Both the position numbers and the translations under genes were made by a program. The notes beneath the pieces were generated by a model, which was not told where the DNA came from, ran no database searches, and saw nothing but the letters and a program-made list of their open reading frames with translations. Positions 1-13,655 of a stretch of DNA of 64,000 bases are shown here, piece after piece. Every line of letters begins with the position of its first letter. The stretch's first letter is position 1. The DNA is from Geosiphon pyriformis uo1 (Eukaryota > Fungi > Glomeromycota), in the NCBI GenBank assembly GCA_016748015.1, contig JAAOMT010000664.1, positions 1,723,569-1,787,568 on the forward strand, in the 5' to 3' direction.

Positions 1-1226
1 GTATGTTCTCAAGAAGATCTCTTTTAACTATTGTAATATTATAGTTCTCAAAGAGGTAGTTGTTGATTCGATTTTCGATGTATTGAAAAAGTGTTTTCTT
101 GAAAGCTATGATTCCGTTGCGTATTTCAAATCATTGTTTACAGTGTGTATAAATCGATTGATAGTACTCTAAGGTTGTAATGTCTGAGGCAGTTGCCACT
201 TTAAATTTGTTGCTGTGTTATTTCCATGGGAGAGCACCAAATGTTACCAGAGGTTTTTGGTCTCTTTTCTGTAATGTTGTTGATACTTATTTGCTGTGAA
301 TTCACGTTTTTTGGATGTGGTTGAACCTCCAGTAACTGAATTTTTAACTTCAAATTATCTCCTATAATTTGAACTTGCTGGGCTTATGAATGGAATGGCC
401 AATTCTGTGCCAGTTGCTTTATGTAGTTACATTGTAGTAAATGTCAACTCTTTCCCAGGAATTGCTCATCTGAAAGCTCACTAAAAATGTGTAGTTACTT
501 TTGCTGTGAAAGTTAACTCTTCTACAGAAATCTTGTCTGTAGGCTACCCTAATAATTGTAATAAGAAAATAAAAGAAAATAAAAGAAATATAAAAGAAAT
601 AGGATTTTATCAAAGAAAACGTTTTCTATCCAGGCCTGGAGTCACTAACAGTTTACTGAAATTGGTAGCTAATCAATTTCAAAACGTTAATTGGGTTTTG
701 AGGATTTTCCAAGTGCAATAATTTAAAGAATTTGGTTTTTCGAATTTATTTGATATTTATTTCTTTTTGTGTGTATAAAAACGGTTTTTAAGAGATAAAT
801 CTAAAGTAAGATATATTTTCTCGAAGAGAGAAGCTCTTCTTTTATACAACTTGTTGTAACACTATTCTATGAACTTGAACTTTGCTATTTTCTACAATTT
901 TGCTGAACTAAAGATACATTTCGGCAAACTACAAGTTATTTCGGCAAACTATTAGATATTTCAGTGAATTATCAATTATTTCGGTGAATTTCTACAAATT
1001 TTGGCAAACTTCTGAATGTTACATAGTTCGGGGTATTGCATGATTGATCATCGCAATTAGGTTACATTTGTGTTGTGTACAATTTGGGTTATTAATTAAA
1101 TGATAATTTCAGACATTTTTGCTAATGTAATAAGTGATCATTTGAAATGATAATATATGCTAATTAATGATAGGAATTATAAGATAATTTCATGCTAAAT
1201 AATATCTCTAATTTCATCTAGTAACA
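1..1226 (-). mobile_element. Ty3/Gypsy family A element, 5' end (5' LTR 242-1226, PBS 232-239, start of gag 1-231); continues left of window
   Basis: LTR bounded by TGTTAC (242) and GTAACA (1221-1226). It is the reverse complement of LTR 57433-58411, and 1-241 matches the reverse complement of 58412-58650. It interrupts the 3' end of LINE-a ORF2. Confidence 0.9.
899..1010. repeat. Degenerate ~20-bp tandem repeat (TTTCGGCAAACT core) inside LTR A
   Basis: About 5-6 units such as tttcggcaaactacaagtta / tttcggcaaactattagata / tttcggtgaatt; equivalent arrays occur in the other family A LTRs. Confidence 0.7.
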
Positions 1227-3355
1227 CCAGCTATTTTGACATCCCTGAAAACAGACATAGCTTTCCAAAGCCACTTTTTAAAAACAAAGTTCTTACAAAA
1301 AGCTGTGTAAACTGCAACATTTGAAATACAAAAGGACAGAAACTGAGAAACACTTAAAAAGAAAACAGAAAGACCAGTAAGTACACCCCAAGCAGTGACA
1401 TGAACATTTAACAAGTGATAACACACAGAATTATCAACTATGCAAGAAAAGGCATGATCAGAAATCTCTATCTCATCACAATACAAACACAATACACTGG
1501 GGTAATATTTGTCATATAGGCACTTCTGAACAGCAACTGACAGCCAATGGTGTAAAGCTTTCATAAAATATGTGTGAGCACCAGCTATAGATTTACTAGT
1601 AAAACCAGCAGCCATGTGCAAGTTTGGATGCCATATCAATAATGAGTTAAGCCAATTAATGTCCAAGTACAGACTACTATCTAAGACTCTTGAACCTAAA
1701 CCAACTTCTTAGTGCACATGATGAATAAACTGAAAAACCCCATAAACAAAATGTCTAGAATTACCAGAAATAATATTATTTTTAGCTAAAATACAATGTT
1801 CTTTCACACAAAAAAGAAGACACTAAAAAGAAAGAAAAGCTGCATCAGTAAGTACATCAGTATGTTTATTACCCACAACACCTAAATAACTTTTTACTTT
1901 ATGCCAGTTAACATTCAAATTTTTTTTCCTAATAATGTTCACAATGTGCCAATGCTTGACCCAACAGCAATTTCAAAAATCTGGATAAACCAGACCTAAT
2001 TCCGAATTGCATGCATCTAAAGCAGCCTAACTGTCTATAAAGATACTAACTGAGCTAAGAAAAAGGACACACTTAAAAGCCAACACAATAGGCTGTAATT
2101 TAGCCAGAGTAGAAGACATTAGACCAAAAACACTGACCCCCAAATCCAAGCTTATATCCTCAAAAAAAACTGTAGCACCAGCTCTCATGTAAACACTTCC
2201 CAAACTCTTCAGAGATTCATTCATATAGACAAAAAAACTGTTAGTCTTAATACCTAGCAACCAATTGCAAATTAATCCAAACTCACTAGATTCCAAAATA
2301 TCTAAAGATTCAATACTACTCATGGAAGAGAAACAGACAGAGAAAGAAGCTACACTCTTGAGAAAGTTAACAGAAAGCCTAAACCAATCAGAAATAGGGC
2401 CATGTGGGTCCAGCCTTTTTCAACATTTGAAAGTCCTTCAGTTAAAAATGGCTCTATTTTTATCATGAAGCTGTTCAATAAAAACAATACCATATTGCCA
2501 AAGGAACAGGAGAAACTTAAAATAATCAGACTTGCCAAGAACAGATAACATAGAAGTACCACCACGAAAATGGAAAAAATTGGTTACATAACCACTTAAA
2601 GACAGACCACACCCAAGAAAAACACAAACCATGTCTACCAAAAAATTATTAAAAGCACTAACTTTGATATGAGCTAGAAAGACCAAAGAGTGGAGTGAAC
2701 TTCAAGACAGAATCTGCAAGTTATGAAACCTGTACAAAAACAACTGACCCAAAATTCCAACAGAATTTGCAAAACACACAATGGAAGCAACTTTGCTTTT
2801 AGTCTGGACTTGCTTAAAAGTTTTTAAACCATACAATAAAGAATGATAAAGTGCATTATTGGGAAAATCAAGAGACAGACTGGATTTCAGCTTTAAGCCT
2901 CTACAAATCAAAGAATCTCACTTATTACACACACTGATAGGAACAAAACTGAACTGCATTTTGTAGCAGATAAGGGAGTGGAGAACTGCCAACACCAGAT
3001 AAGAAAACTGTTTATCACAAATGGTTTTTCTTAAGACCAAATTGGTAAAAAATTTGACATTAGAATCAGCTTTAGCCAGACTAGACTTTGACAAACTCTT
3101 AGTTGACAAAAAAATCCCTATGTAGCAATAAAACTCTTCCTTCTTGGCAATGAAAATAGGTGAATCACTGATAGACAAATTAGAACATGCAACTCTGTAA
3201 TTAATAAGAATTACCACTGTTTTGTTATTATTAATAGAAATGTTATTGATCCAAAAAAATTCACTAACAACATTGAAAATGTATTGGATTGCAGCTTGGC
3301 TGCTACCAATCCAAATTGTGTCATTAACAAAAGCACCAGCAGTAAGAAAAGACGT

Positions 3356-4325
3356 TGTTACCAGTAGAATTTTAGCTATTAATTAGCATGAAATTACCCT
3401 TATAATTTCTATAATTCATTAGTATATTAATATCATTTCAAATTATCATTTATTATTTAATCAATTATCACATATTACGATTCAATTAAATAATCCAATT
3501 AGTATAACAGAAAGTAAAATGATCAAATTACACAATACCTTAAACTTTGTAACATTCAAAAATTCGCTGAAATTTACAGAAATTCGCCAAAATTTATAAG
3601 AAATTCGCCGAAATTATGAATAGTTCACCCAAATTAATCAATAGTTCAGCAAAATGTATCTTTAGTTTGCCGGAATTTGGGCAAAGAGAAAAAGTGCAAG
3701 TTCATAAACTAGTACTACAACAAGTTGTATAAAAGAAGAGCTTTTCTCTTCTTGAAAATGTATTTTACTTTAGATTTATCTCTTAAAACCGTTCCTATAC
3801 ACACAAAAAGAAATAAATATCAAATAATTCGAAAAACCAAATTCTTTAATTATTGTACTTGGAAAATCCCCAAAACCCAACTAACATTTCGAAATTGATT
3901 AGCTACCAATTTCAGTAAACTGTTAGTGACTCCAGGCCTGAATAGAAAACGTTTCTCTTGACAAAATTCTATTTCTTTTACATTTCTTTTATTTTTCTTT
4001 TCTTTTCTTATTACAATTATTAGGGTAGCCTACAGACAAGATTTCTGTAGAAGAGTTGACTTTCACAGCAAAGTAACTATACATTTTAGTGAGCTTCCAA
4101 ACAAGCAATTCCTGGGAAAGAGTTGATGTTTACTACAACGTAACTACATAAAGTAACTGGCATGGAATTGGTCATTCCACTTATAAGCCCAGCAGTTCAA
4201 ATTATCTCCTATAATTTGAAGATAAATTCAGTTATTGGAGGTTTAACTACTTCTAGAAAACGTGAATTCACAACAAACAGACATTAACAACATTCAAGAA
4301 AAGAGACCAAAAACCTCCGGTAACA
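3356..4325 (+). mobile_element. Solo LTR, family A
   Basis: TGTTACC...GGTAACA flanked by 4-bp TSD ACGT (3352-3355 / 4326-4329). Removing it restores the LINE RT frame AGLTSFLTAGAF. Confidence 0.93.
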
Positions 4326-7300
4326 ACGTTAATCCAGCATGAGATTCCAAATAACTGGTTCTGACAACATAATAAGAGTTCAGCCTATATCCACATATGC
4401 TCTCTTGTTTCTTGACTTCACACAAAAGAGGATTATAAAATATGTGCCAAAGAAGTGGTAAGAACATCTCTCCTTGATCCAAACTATTATGCATCTGATA
4501 TTCAATTGTCAAACTAAAATCTGTCATTATCTTATTAACATGACCATTTTGAATGTTGCCAAAAAATCTAATGAACTTATCACACATCTTTATTTTAACC
4601 AAACTGTTCCTAAGATGCTTCTACTTAACAGAGTTGTAAGCCTTTCATATGTCTTGCAAAACCAGCCAGAGTTTATGGTTTTTTTTCAAAGCAGCTTTAA
4701 TAACCAAACCAACAGCAAAAATAAGAGATTGCATTAATGTACCCTTTAAAACTGAGAAATTGTCCCTATGTAAAACATCATAAGTGCTGCATGCCAAAGA
4801 AATCCTGTCTAAGAGAATCTTAAAAAAGATTTTGTGAGTAGTCTCAATCAAAGCAATAGGTTGGGTGTTCATAAGAACTCCTTTCTACTTATAAGGTTTA
4901 GGAATCATTAAGACCCAAGCTTTTTTCCAAGCATTAGGCACTAATTCATGAGACAAACATGAATTCAAAAGCACCAAAAGCATATTCAAGACCAATCTGT
5001 TGTAATGCTTCCAAAGCTCATTTGACACTCCAGAAAGACCAGCAGCTTTGTGATTAGGCAGATTAGAAATCACTCCAAGTAACTCATTGAAACTAATAGA
5101 ACACATCACATTAAAAAAAGCATCATCAAAAATGTACTCCAAAGACCAATATTAATGAGACCAATTATCAGAAAAATCTTTCACTATATTACACTTTCTG
5201 GTTTAGTTCTCCATAATAATGTTAACCTTGGTCTTAACTAGTTTGAGTTTCAGAATTAGTTCATTCTCAACTACCAGATGGTTCAAAATTACCTTTGAAA
5301 AAGACACTCTAGTACACTCCTAATTGTGTGATCTTTATTGACTGCAAAATTCTCTATCTGTCTATTTATAGCCAATTTGATTCTTGACTTCTCAGCTCAT
5401 AAAGACTTAGTAAGCTTAGAGACTTGATATGACTTTTATACACTGAAAAGAGCCGAGCATACATGATCAAAACTTGTACCAGAGTTTACCACATCCTGCA
5501 CAATTAAAGCCCTAATATTGTCCAAAGAATTCCAGTGTTTTATAAAGAAAACAAACCTACCAACATCCTCTTCACAAGAGGCTTTAGCAATTTTTGAGAC
5601 CAAAAGCTCCAGCTTATAAAACCTAAAAGATTTCTTGGTAAAAATACTATTAAAACTCTTAAATTATTTCTTCCTGAATACATTATTAACCAAAAGCATC
5701 ATAATCTTGCAAACTGTATTTTATATCATGTCCAAGTCCAAAAATTGCTCTAAAGAGACAAAATTATTAGAGAACATAACAGTATTGGCTGTTGTAGCAT
5801 TTTTAAACTTGTCTTACTTTGCATCATCAGCACTTTTAAAATCAAACTTCTAGTGATTCTTATTTGCCTGCTTGTGAAGAGAAGTCAACTGAGTGTTTAG
5901 CAAACTGCCCAGACCCACCAACACAGAAACTGCTTGATGATTAATGTTAAAGTGATTATTAATGTCTATGACATTGCAACTCACTACTGCACTGACTAAA
6001 TTTAATGAAACCAATACATAATCAATTGTTTTTTCCACACTCCTTGAATTTCTTCATGTAGGACTTTTTATGACCGAACTACCCACCAAAAAATTGACCA
6101 GTCTCAAATTGAAACACTTCTTAAAACTAGCACATTTTTGCAAATTGTCTTCATTGAAGTTACCACCAAGAATAATGAAAAAAGATTCATTAACAGCTTT
6201 CGCAATAAGAGAGTTGATTTCACCAGTTTGCAAAAACCAAATCACAGACAAAGCACCAGCATAAAACCCTAAGACTAACACAAAAAGTTTATTTTTGAAA
6301 AGTAGTTTAATAAACAGAAGCTAACCAGGTATCTCAGAAACTTTGCACACATGTCTTACTAAAGAAGAATCCATGATGATCACAACACCAGCACCCAAAT
6401 AACCAGATTCCAAACCAAAAGTAAACACCCACATACCATCAAATTTGTTGACAATCCAAAAGTGAATCTTCTTTTTTAGCTTCAATTCTATAAAAATAGA
6501 AATTAAATTGTCTTTGTCTTTGTGCCAATAAATAATATCATTCTGTTTTGCAGAATTGTTCATTTCTCTAACATTACACATAGCAATTTTCTATACCAGA
6601 CCACTTATTGGGATGAAAGAAGCAAAAAATCACCCAAATCAGAACACAAACAATCCAATCTAACCAGCACCAAACTGATTGAAGCTTCTAAAAACACCAT
6701 CTTCGACTCTAAGCCATCTATCTTAGTAGTTAGAATCTTGGAGCTACTTAAACTAAAACCAGAAACATTATTATCAATAGCAGAGAAAGAGAAGACAAAA
6801 GACACTGACACACCATCCAAGATCATGTCTGAGTTCGAACCTGAAGCCAAAAATACAGAAACAGCTGAAGGAAGCACTTGAGAAACAGATGGCAGAGGCA
6901 CCAGTTCTACAAAACTCAACTTTTTCATAACACCAGAAACTTGATTGGCTAGAAGTTCCAAAGAGCATTCCAAAGACACCAAACAATCATACAAACTGGA
7001 AACACCAAGAGGAGCAAAGATATATGAAGAAGACATAGCACCAGAAAACAAACTAGTACTAGAAGAAACTGAAGGAACCACAAAAAAAGAAGAACCATTA
7101 GCAACTTGAGCCCAAGTTTTGCCACCAAAAGAAACTGGGCAAATAATGGGTGTTTGCTTTTTCTTATAAATGTTGGCCAAGCAAACCTGGTTCTAAGAAT
7201 TAATTACCTGTTTACTACAACCACCACAATTCTTACCCACTATACAATCAACTGAAATATGACCAAATTGTTTGCATTGAGCACAACAAGCCAAAGATAG

Positions 7301-8216
7301 ACCAGTCCAGCACAAATTCATATTCTTAAAAACTGGAATAGAACTAATAGCAGCCATTCTATATGCTTTATTCTCAAAACAAACCATTGCACATTTGTTA
7401 TGGGCATATAAACTTGGATTGCAACCAATAAAGCATGTTTTCTCATCATAAGAATTCAACAAGTTAGAAAGATTATGAGCAGTAGTTCCAACTGGTAGTG
7501 TATACAACAATGCTTAATATTGGTCTCTTGAAGTTCATAATTGTTTATTATTAATTGCCAAAGCCATACATACAGAATTTTTTCCCATAAAAACAGACCA
7601 TTTGGAAGCAATTGAACTAGCTACTTCAGATGATTCAAACTCTACTAAAGCCTTTTGCCACAAACCAATCAAACACATTTTGATTGATGCAATCTTTTCA
7701 AACTTAGAAAAAACAAACTCCACAGCCGATTTGGGAAAATCAACTGGAATTTCCTTGACAATTATTTTCTGATTTGAATGACTGCTTGGCTTTTTTACAT
7801 CATTATTTACCAAAATTTTCTCACAGATTGTTATTTCCTTAGTCTTATTTAAACTCAATTCCGAAATAAATAATGATTTGATAATCTTTGGGAATTTTGA
7901 GTAAGCAGAGGCTCTCCCAAAACCATCAACTTGATAAAAAATTTTTTTTATTGAAATCAATTTGTTACTAACAGTTTTTTTTGGAATAGCCAAAAGCTCA
8001 ATATCTAATGTGAATGATTTTACTGGCTTAAAGCTTCTCTTTTTCAAACATGTAACTTGACACTTAGCAGCTGATTGGAACCTTTAAACTTAGGAGAAAG
8101 AAGCTCCAAAATATCATTAATGTCACTTATATTATTAAAAAAAAGTTTCTTCAGTGATTGTCCCAAAATATACATTCTCATTTATGTCTTTTTTAGAGTT
8201 ATATCATCTATCATAT

Positions 8217-8917
8217 TGTTACAGGTTGGAGTAACAAGCTAACGGATAGCAAGGAAGAACAGTATTTTATGGTGATGGAAATAAACAAAGAGGATTCAAC
8301 TTCAAAAAGTGAATTGAATGAGTAAGGATTCAATGTGTGAGATCAGTCTCATAAAATATCTCAGTCGCTATTTTTTTCAAGAATAACCAGGGAATTTGAA
8401 GGTAGAAAGATAGTCCGTACTGTCAACAATTGATCACCGCTGGTATTAATTCTATGTCTTTACTTTGGCACTCTTAAAATTCAATATCAGGTATCAACTT
8501 GTGCTCTTCAGTCACGTTTATATAAATAGTCTTCAAATACTACAATTATTCAAACAGGGAAAGGCCAACAAGTAATCTTTTATCCTAAGATGTTCGGATA
8601 CTTGAAAGTAGGGAAAGAAAAATTAGCGATAAGAAAGTGATTGAGATGAAATTGTTATTTTATTTATTTGATTCTTGTCTGAGAAATGATTTTCTACAGC
8701 TAAGAAACTCATCGCTTATATAGCTAATGAAAGTGGTCAATGACCAGGTCAACAACTAGGTCAATAATCAGGTTAATAATTAGGTCAATAATTAGGTCAA
8801 CGGTCAGGTCATTAATTAGGTCAATAATCACTATCTAAAAATAGAGTGGCTAATTATATGACATCAATGGCTAATACATGTGATAACTAATAAAAATTAT
8901 GGGTTTCAACCATAATA
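8217..8917 (-). repeat. 3' LTR of family B (701 bp)
   Basis: Aligns to 15253-15989; preceded on the minus strand by purine-rich GGAAAGGATAA (PPT-like). Confidence 0.93.
8735..8830. repeat. 12-bp tandem repeat GGTCAATGATCA x8 in 3' LTR B
   Basis: Eight degenerate units counted directly. Confidence 0.9.
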
Positions 8918-9543
8918 TTATCCTTTCCAAAGAGATTGAGCTCTGGCGAAATCAAGCTATTTATAGAGTATTCTAATTGAAGGGTTTTGTCTAACTTAAA
9001 ACTAACTAGTTTGTTGAAGTCTTTTGTGAATAGAGTGTATAGTACTTGAGACAAAATAAGCTTTGTATCCAAGAGACCAAATCTTTGTATAAGAGTTTTG
9101 GCTCTTTTAGCAATGGTTAAAACTCTTGGGACATCTAATCGTATAATGCCCAAAATTTTCACTTGTATCTCTGAAGTTGTTTTCTTCATGAGCTTCATGT
9201 CTTCTATGATTTTACCAAGACAACCATAGAGTTCTAGTTGTCTTCCATATGACAAGTTTTTGTCTATGGGCAAGATTTCTTGTATTGTTTTTCCAATTGT
9301 GCTGAAAGGTGAAAGTATTGCTGCTGTTATGCTTTTCAGCAGGTATTTATCCATTTTGCCACCAATTTTTTCTCTTCTGGTAGTTGTTTTCTTTGGTCTG
9401 ATAACAGTGTGAGTTCCACTGTTGTCTGTTATGGTGGTTTGTTTTCCAATAGTCAAAGTAGCATTTGGATAGTTTTTGATCCAGTACTCATAGAGAGTAT
9501 AGAAAATGTTTTAAATGTTTTGATCCAGGAAATAATTGTTCAT
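8887..9543 (-). pseudogene. Extra ORF3 of family B downstream of integrase, unknown function (~218 codons, one internal stop)
   Basis: ATG at 9543 gives MNNYFLDQNI*NIFYTLYEYW..., in frame with the 189-aa ORF 8887-9456; it runs into the 3' LTR. Confidence 0.65.
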
Positions 9544-9584
9544 GTCGATTGAAGATACCTCTGTTTTGGGAATGGTGCATTTAT

Positions 9585-12500
9585 TTATATCTGATTTTTG
9601 CTGATCATTTGGGTCGGTATTACCACAACAGGTAACCAATCAGGTTGTTTGTGATATTTCTTGAGTCGTGTGCCATGAACAGATCAATTATTGAAAATTG
9701 TTCCATATTGATCTTGTAAGATATAAGAATCATTGTTCAAAACTTTGTTGACTATAAAGGGTCCTTTCCACTGGCTAGAAAATTTATCACCATAGACATT
9801 GTTTCTGTTTGAACGGTATTCTAAAACTAAGTCACCAACACTTAAGGAAAGTGTTTTATATGTTTTTTTTTTCTTAAGCTTCTTTTGGAATTGTTTTATC
9901 TTTTCAAAGGCAATTATTCGTACTTCTATTAATGAGTCAAGAATAGTACCAAGTCTTCTTTGCAAAATGTCTTTGTAATTTCCTATTGTTATTTCTTCAA
10001 AGGGTATTGTCTCAATGTCAGTTTCTATTGGTAGGGTTGCCATTCGTCCATAGAGTAGATAAAAAGATTCATAACTTGTTATGTCATGATTTACAGTTCT
10101 GTAGGTAAACAAAGCTGAAGGCAATACTTTGTCCCATAGGTTGGTTTCTTTACTGGTTTTGGCTAGGGTTTCACATAGTGTTCTATTGAAACGTTCTACT
10201 AGGCCATTTGTTTGGGGGTAATAAGAGGAAGAGAGTTTATGATGTATTCCCATTTTTCTGCAAAGTTCTTCAACCAGTGTATTGAGAAAAGCTCTTCTTC
10301 TATCAGATAAAAGTTCTTTGGAACAGCCATGGCGACAGATAATATCTTCATAAATGAAATTGGCAATTGAGACTGCTGTTTGATCTGGGGTGGCTCTTGC
10401 TTCTACCCACTTTGTAAGATAGTTAGTAGCTGTGATAATATATCTGTTGCCATCAAGAGTTACTGTTAAAGGTCCAACAACATCTATACCAATTCTGTCA
10501 AATGGTTGACCAACAGAGATCAGATAGATATTTTCCTTGTGATTGGGTTTTCCTCTTCTTTAACAGATATTACAGGTTTTAATGTATTCAGCAATGTCTT
10601 TTCTCAAGATAGGCCAATAATAGCGAGCTAAAGTTTTCTGAATCGTTTTTGTTTTTCTAAAGTGTCTAGCTAATAGATCAGTGTGCATATTGTAGATCAC
10701 AATTTCTCTTTCTTTAAATCTAATGACTCTCTGAGGGCAGTCAGGATCTTTTCTATTTCTTTTATATAACTGGTTTTGGTGAATCAAATAGAAATTTAAT
10801 TGTTTGCACAAATGTTCTTTTTACTGTCAAGTATAGTCCAGCGGGTATTGTCCTTTATCCAAAAATTCCATTAAGGCAGAGTAGTTGTCCAAGTCCATTA
10901 TTATGTTTGTTTGTGGGGGAGTTACAAATAATTAAGTTGGTTTAGTTTGAGAGGGTTTTACTATCACTGAATAGTAAGTCTGGAGAGAGCGTTGGCGTTT
11001 TGATGATTAGCTTCTTTGCAGTATTGAATGTTATAGTCAAATTCATCCAAGTGGAGTATCTAGCAAGTTATCTATTTATGTTCCAGGTTTTTTTTGTTGC
11101 ATAGCCAAACCAAAACTTGGTAATCTATTACCACCAAAAATTTTACACCCTTAAGATATTTGTCTCAGTAGCTAGTAGTCCAAACTACTGCTAAGCATTC
11201 TTGCTCAGTGACTGAATAGTTCCTTTCTGCTGGTGTGAGAGTTCTACTGACATATGCTACAGCATGTTTCCTGCCATCTTCATCTTTCTGGGAAAGAACA
11301 ACACCAAGTCCATAGCCAAATGCATCAGTATGGAGGATAAAAGGTCGATCCAGATTAGATTGCCTGAGAATGGGTTCTGTAACCAGTTTTTTCTTCAGAA
11401 TTTCAAATGCTTTTTGTTGATAAGTGCTCCAGTAATAATTAATGTTTTTCCTAAGTAGCTAATTGAAAGGAGCAGCAATTTTGAAGAAATCCTTGACAAA
11501 CTTGTGATAATAAGAGGCCAAACCAAGAAAAGAGCGTAGTTCATGAACATTCATTGGTTGTCTAATGTTTTGAACTTTTTCAATTTTGGCTGGATCAGGG
11601 AAGATTCTATCTTTTGTAATAAAATGGCCAAGGAACTGGGTGGATTGACGTCCAAAGAATGATTTAATTGGATTGATCTTAAGGTCAGCATTTCTAAGGA
11701 GGTCAAAAACCTTTTGCAAATGTTCAAGATGTTCATCCCAGGTTTTTGAGTATACCATTATGTCATCCAAGTAGACTAGAACAAAGTTTTTTTTTACTGA
11801 TTCAAATACTTTGTCTATTAAGCATTGAAAGGTGGGAGGAGTATTTGTGAGACCAAAAGGCATGACTGTGAATTCATAGATGCCATACTTGGTAATGAAG
11901 ACAGTTTTTTTTCTGCTTTTTGGATCCATCTCTACTTGTCAGAATTCAGCAGTTAAGTCAATGGTTGAGAAGAAAACAGCACTATAGAATTGGTTTAGCA
12001 TTGCATCAATCTTGGGAAGTGGGTACATGTCTCTTTCAATAATGGCATTTAATTGGCAATAGTCAACACAAAAGCGTAGGGTTCCTCTTTTCTTGGATAC
12101 CACTACAACTGGGAATGCCCATTTACTCTTGGTTTCCTGTATGAATCCAAGGTTTTTCATTCAGGTTATTTTCTTTTTGATAAATTCATTATTGTGCTGG
12201 TTAGATTAATAGGACTTCAAATGAATGTGACGAGTTTCTCTAATGATAATGGTGTATTGTATTACATGTGTACATTTAGGAGGTTCACCTTCTTTTGAGA
12301 TAACTGGGCTGTTTCTAGCCAGCAGGTTTTCAATGTCTATCTTTCTTTCTTCTGGAAAGGGTTCTCTTTGTTCTACAACCAGTGATTGGATTTCAGGTGG
12401 TTCATTTTCAAAGGACTTTTGGACTTCTTTTATTTTCTCATGGGGTATCAAGCTGATTGGTTCCCAATCTTTGTAATAGATCAGGCAGGACATGTATTCA

Positions 12501-13655
12501 TTGCTAGGAGAATACAATAGTTTGTCGCACCAGCACCGGGCACAAGGACCATGCCACCAATAACTGTATTTGGCTTTCTTGCCTGGCTTTCTGTCAAAGA
12601 TTCTTCTGAGCATGTTATAATAAGACCAGTAGATCAGCTTGCAATTGACAATGATTCCTTCTTTATCTGCCTTGACATTATTCAGTGGTTTGCCATTGCT
12701 GGTAAAAATGGTATAGGCAAGTTCAGCAGTTTCTTCTTGTTCTTCTTGTTCTTCTTCTTTCTCACTTTTTTTATCATCTGATTCGTCTGATTCATTTTCT
12801 TCTGGGCTCTGCTTGGGTACTAGGGGAGTTGTCCAATGGCAACATTTAATCACAATAGGTTTCTCACCACATCTAATGGTTAGTTCACAGAGTTCATAAT
12901 CAAGCAAAGCTTTTGCTTTCTTGAGCCATTCATTGCCAACAATAATGATGTATTCTTTTGCTTCAGATACTCCATATCAGTTTCAATGCTGATACTATTA
13001 ATGCGAACAGGAATAGCTTTGGCTATGCCAAGCCCTTTCTTCTTATCACTATGTACATTGGTCATTGGTTGTGTGGATGGTTTATCAATTTTTCTGCCAA
13101 TTGCTTCAAGAAAGTGTTTAGCAATAACACTAACAGATGATCCACTGTCTAGAATCAAATCGATGAAGTAGCCAGCCACTTGGGCTTTGCAAATTAGAGG
13201 AGTGACATTGTTATTGTCAGCAAGTCCAGCTTGGCGAGGGCATTTGTTGGTTTTGGGTGTCTTTTTCTTTAGAATCAGAGATTTGCGAAGATTTTTTCTG
13301 AATTGTGGATGGGTTATTAATTGGCCAAAGGTTATATGTGCTGGGGTTTCCATAAGGTCTTTGACAACAGAATAGGTGCCAGATTTTTGTACTATTTCTG
13401 GGGGTTCCAACTTTGGAGGGTTCTTGAAAACTTTGGCTTTTGGGGGCTCATTGTTGTCAGCAGTTGATGTAGAAGCTTTATTGAGGTCCAAAACAAAATC
13501 AACTTTGGCTTTCTTCTTCTTTCTTGTGAATTCAGAGGGGTTGATTGCTAATTCATCCATGTCATGGTCATTATCAGTTAAGTTAAAAGTGTAAAAGGGG
13601 TTTTCTTTTGGTTGGCTTGCACTCTTACCCTTTGGAGGTATGTCTACCAGTTTAA
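9585..13655 (-). pseudogene. pol: pol of family B (PR, Cys-rich insert, RT, RNase H, integrase), disrupted
   Basis: LILDSGSSVSVI; RFCVDY, MPFGL, YLDDI; FILHTDA; RYYWP..CNIC; PQTNGLVERFN; WKGPF; ends ...HGTRLKKY...QMISKNQI*. No chromodomain seen. Confidence 0.9.

Noticed and set aside
8887-9456. Retroviral env
   Set aside because: No signal peptide, furin-site/fusion-peptide pattern or TM anchor visible; reported as an unknown ORF3 instead.
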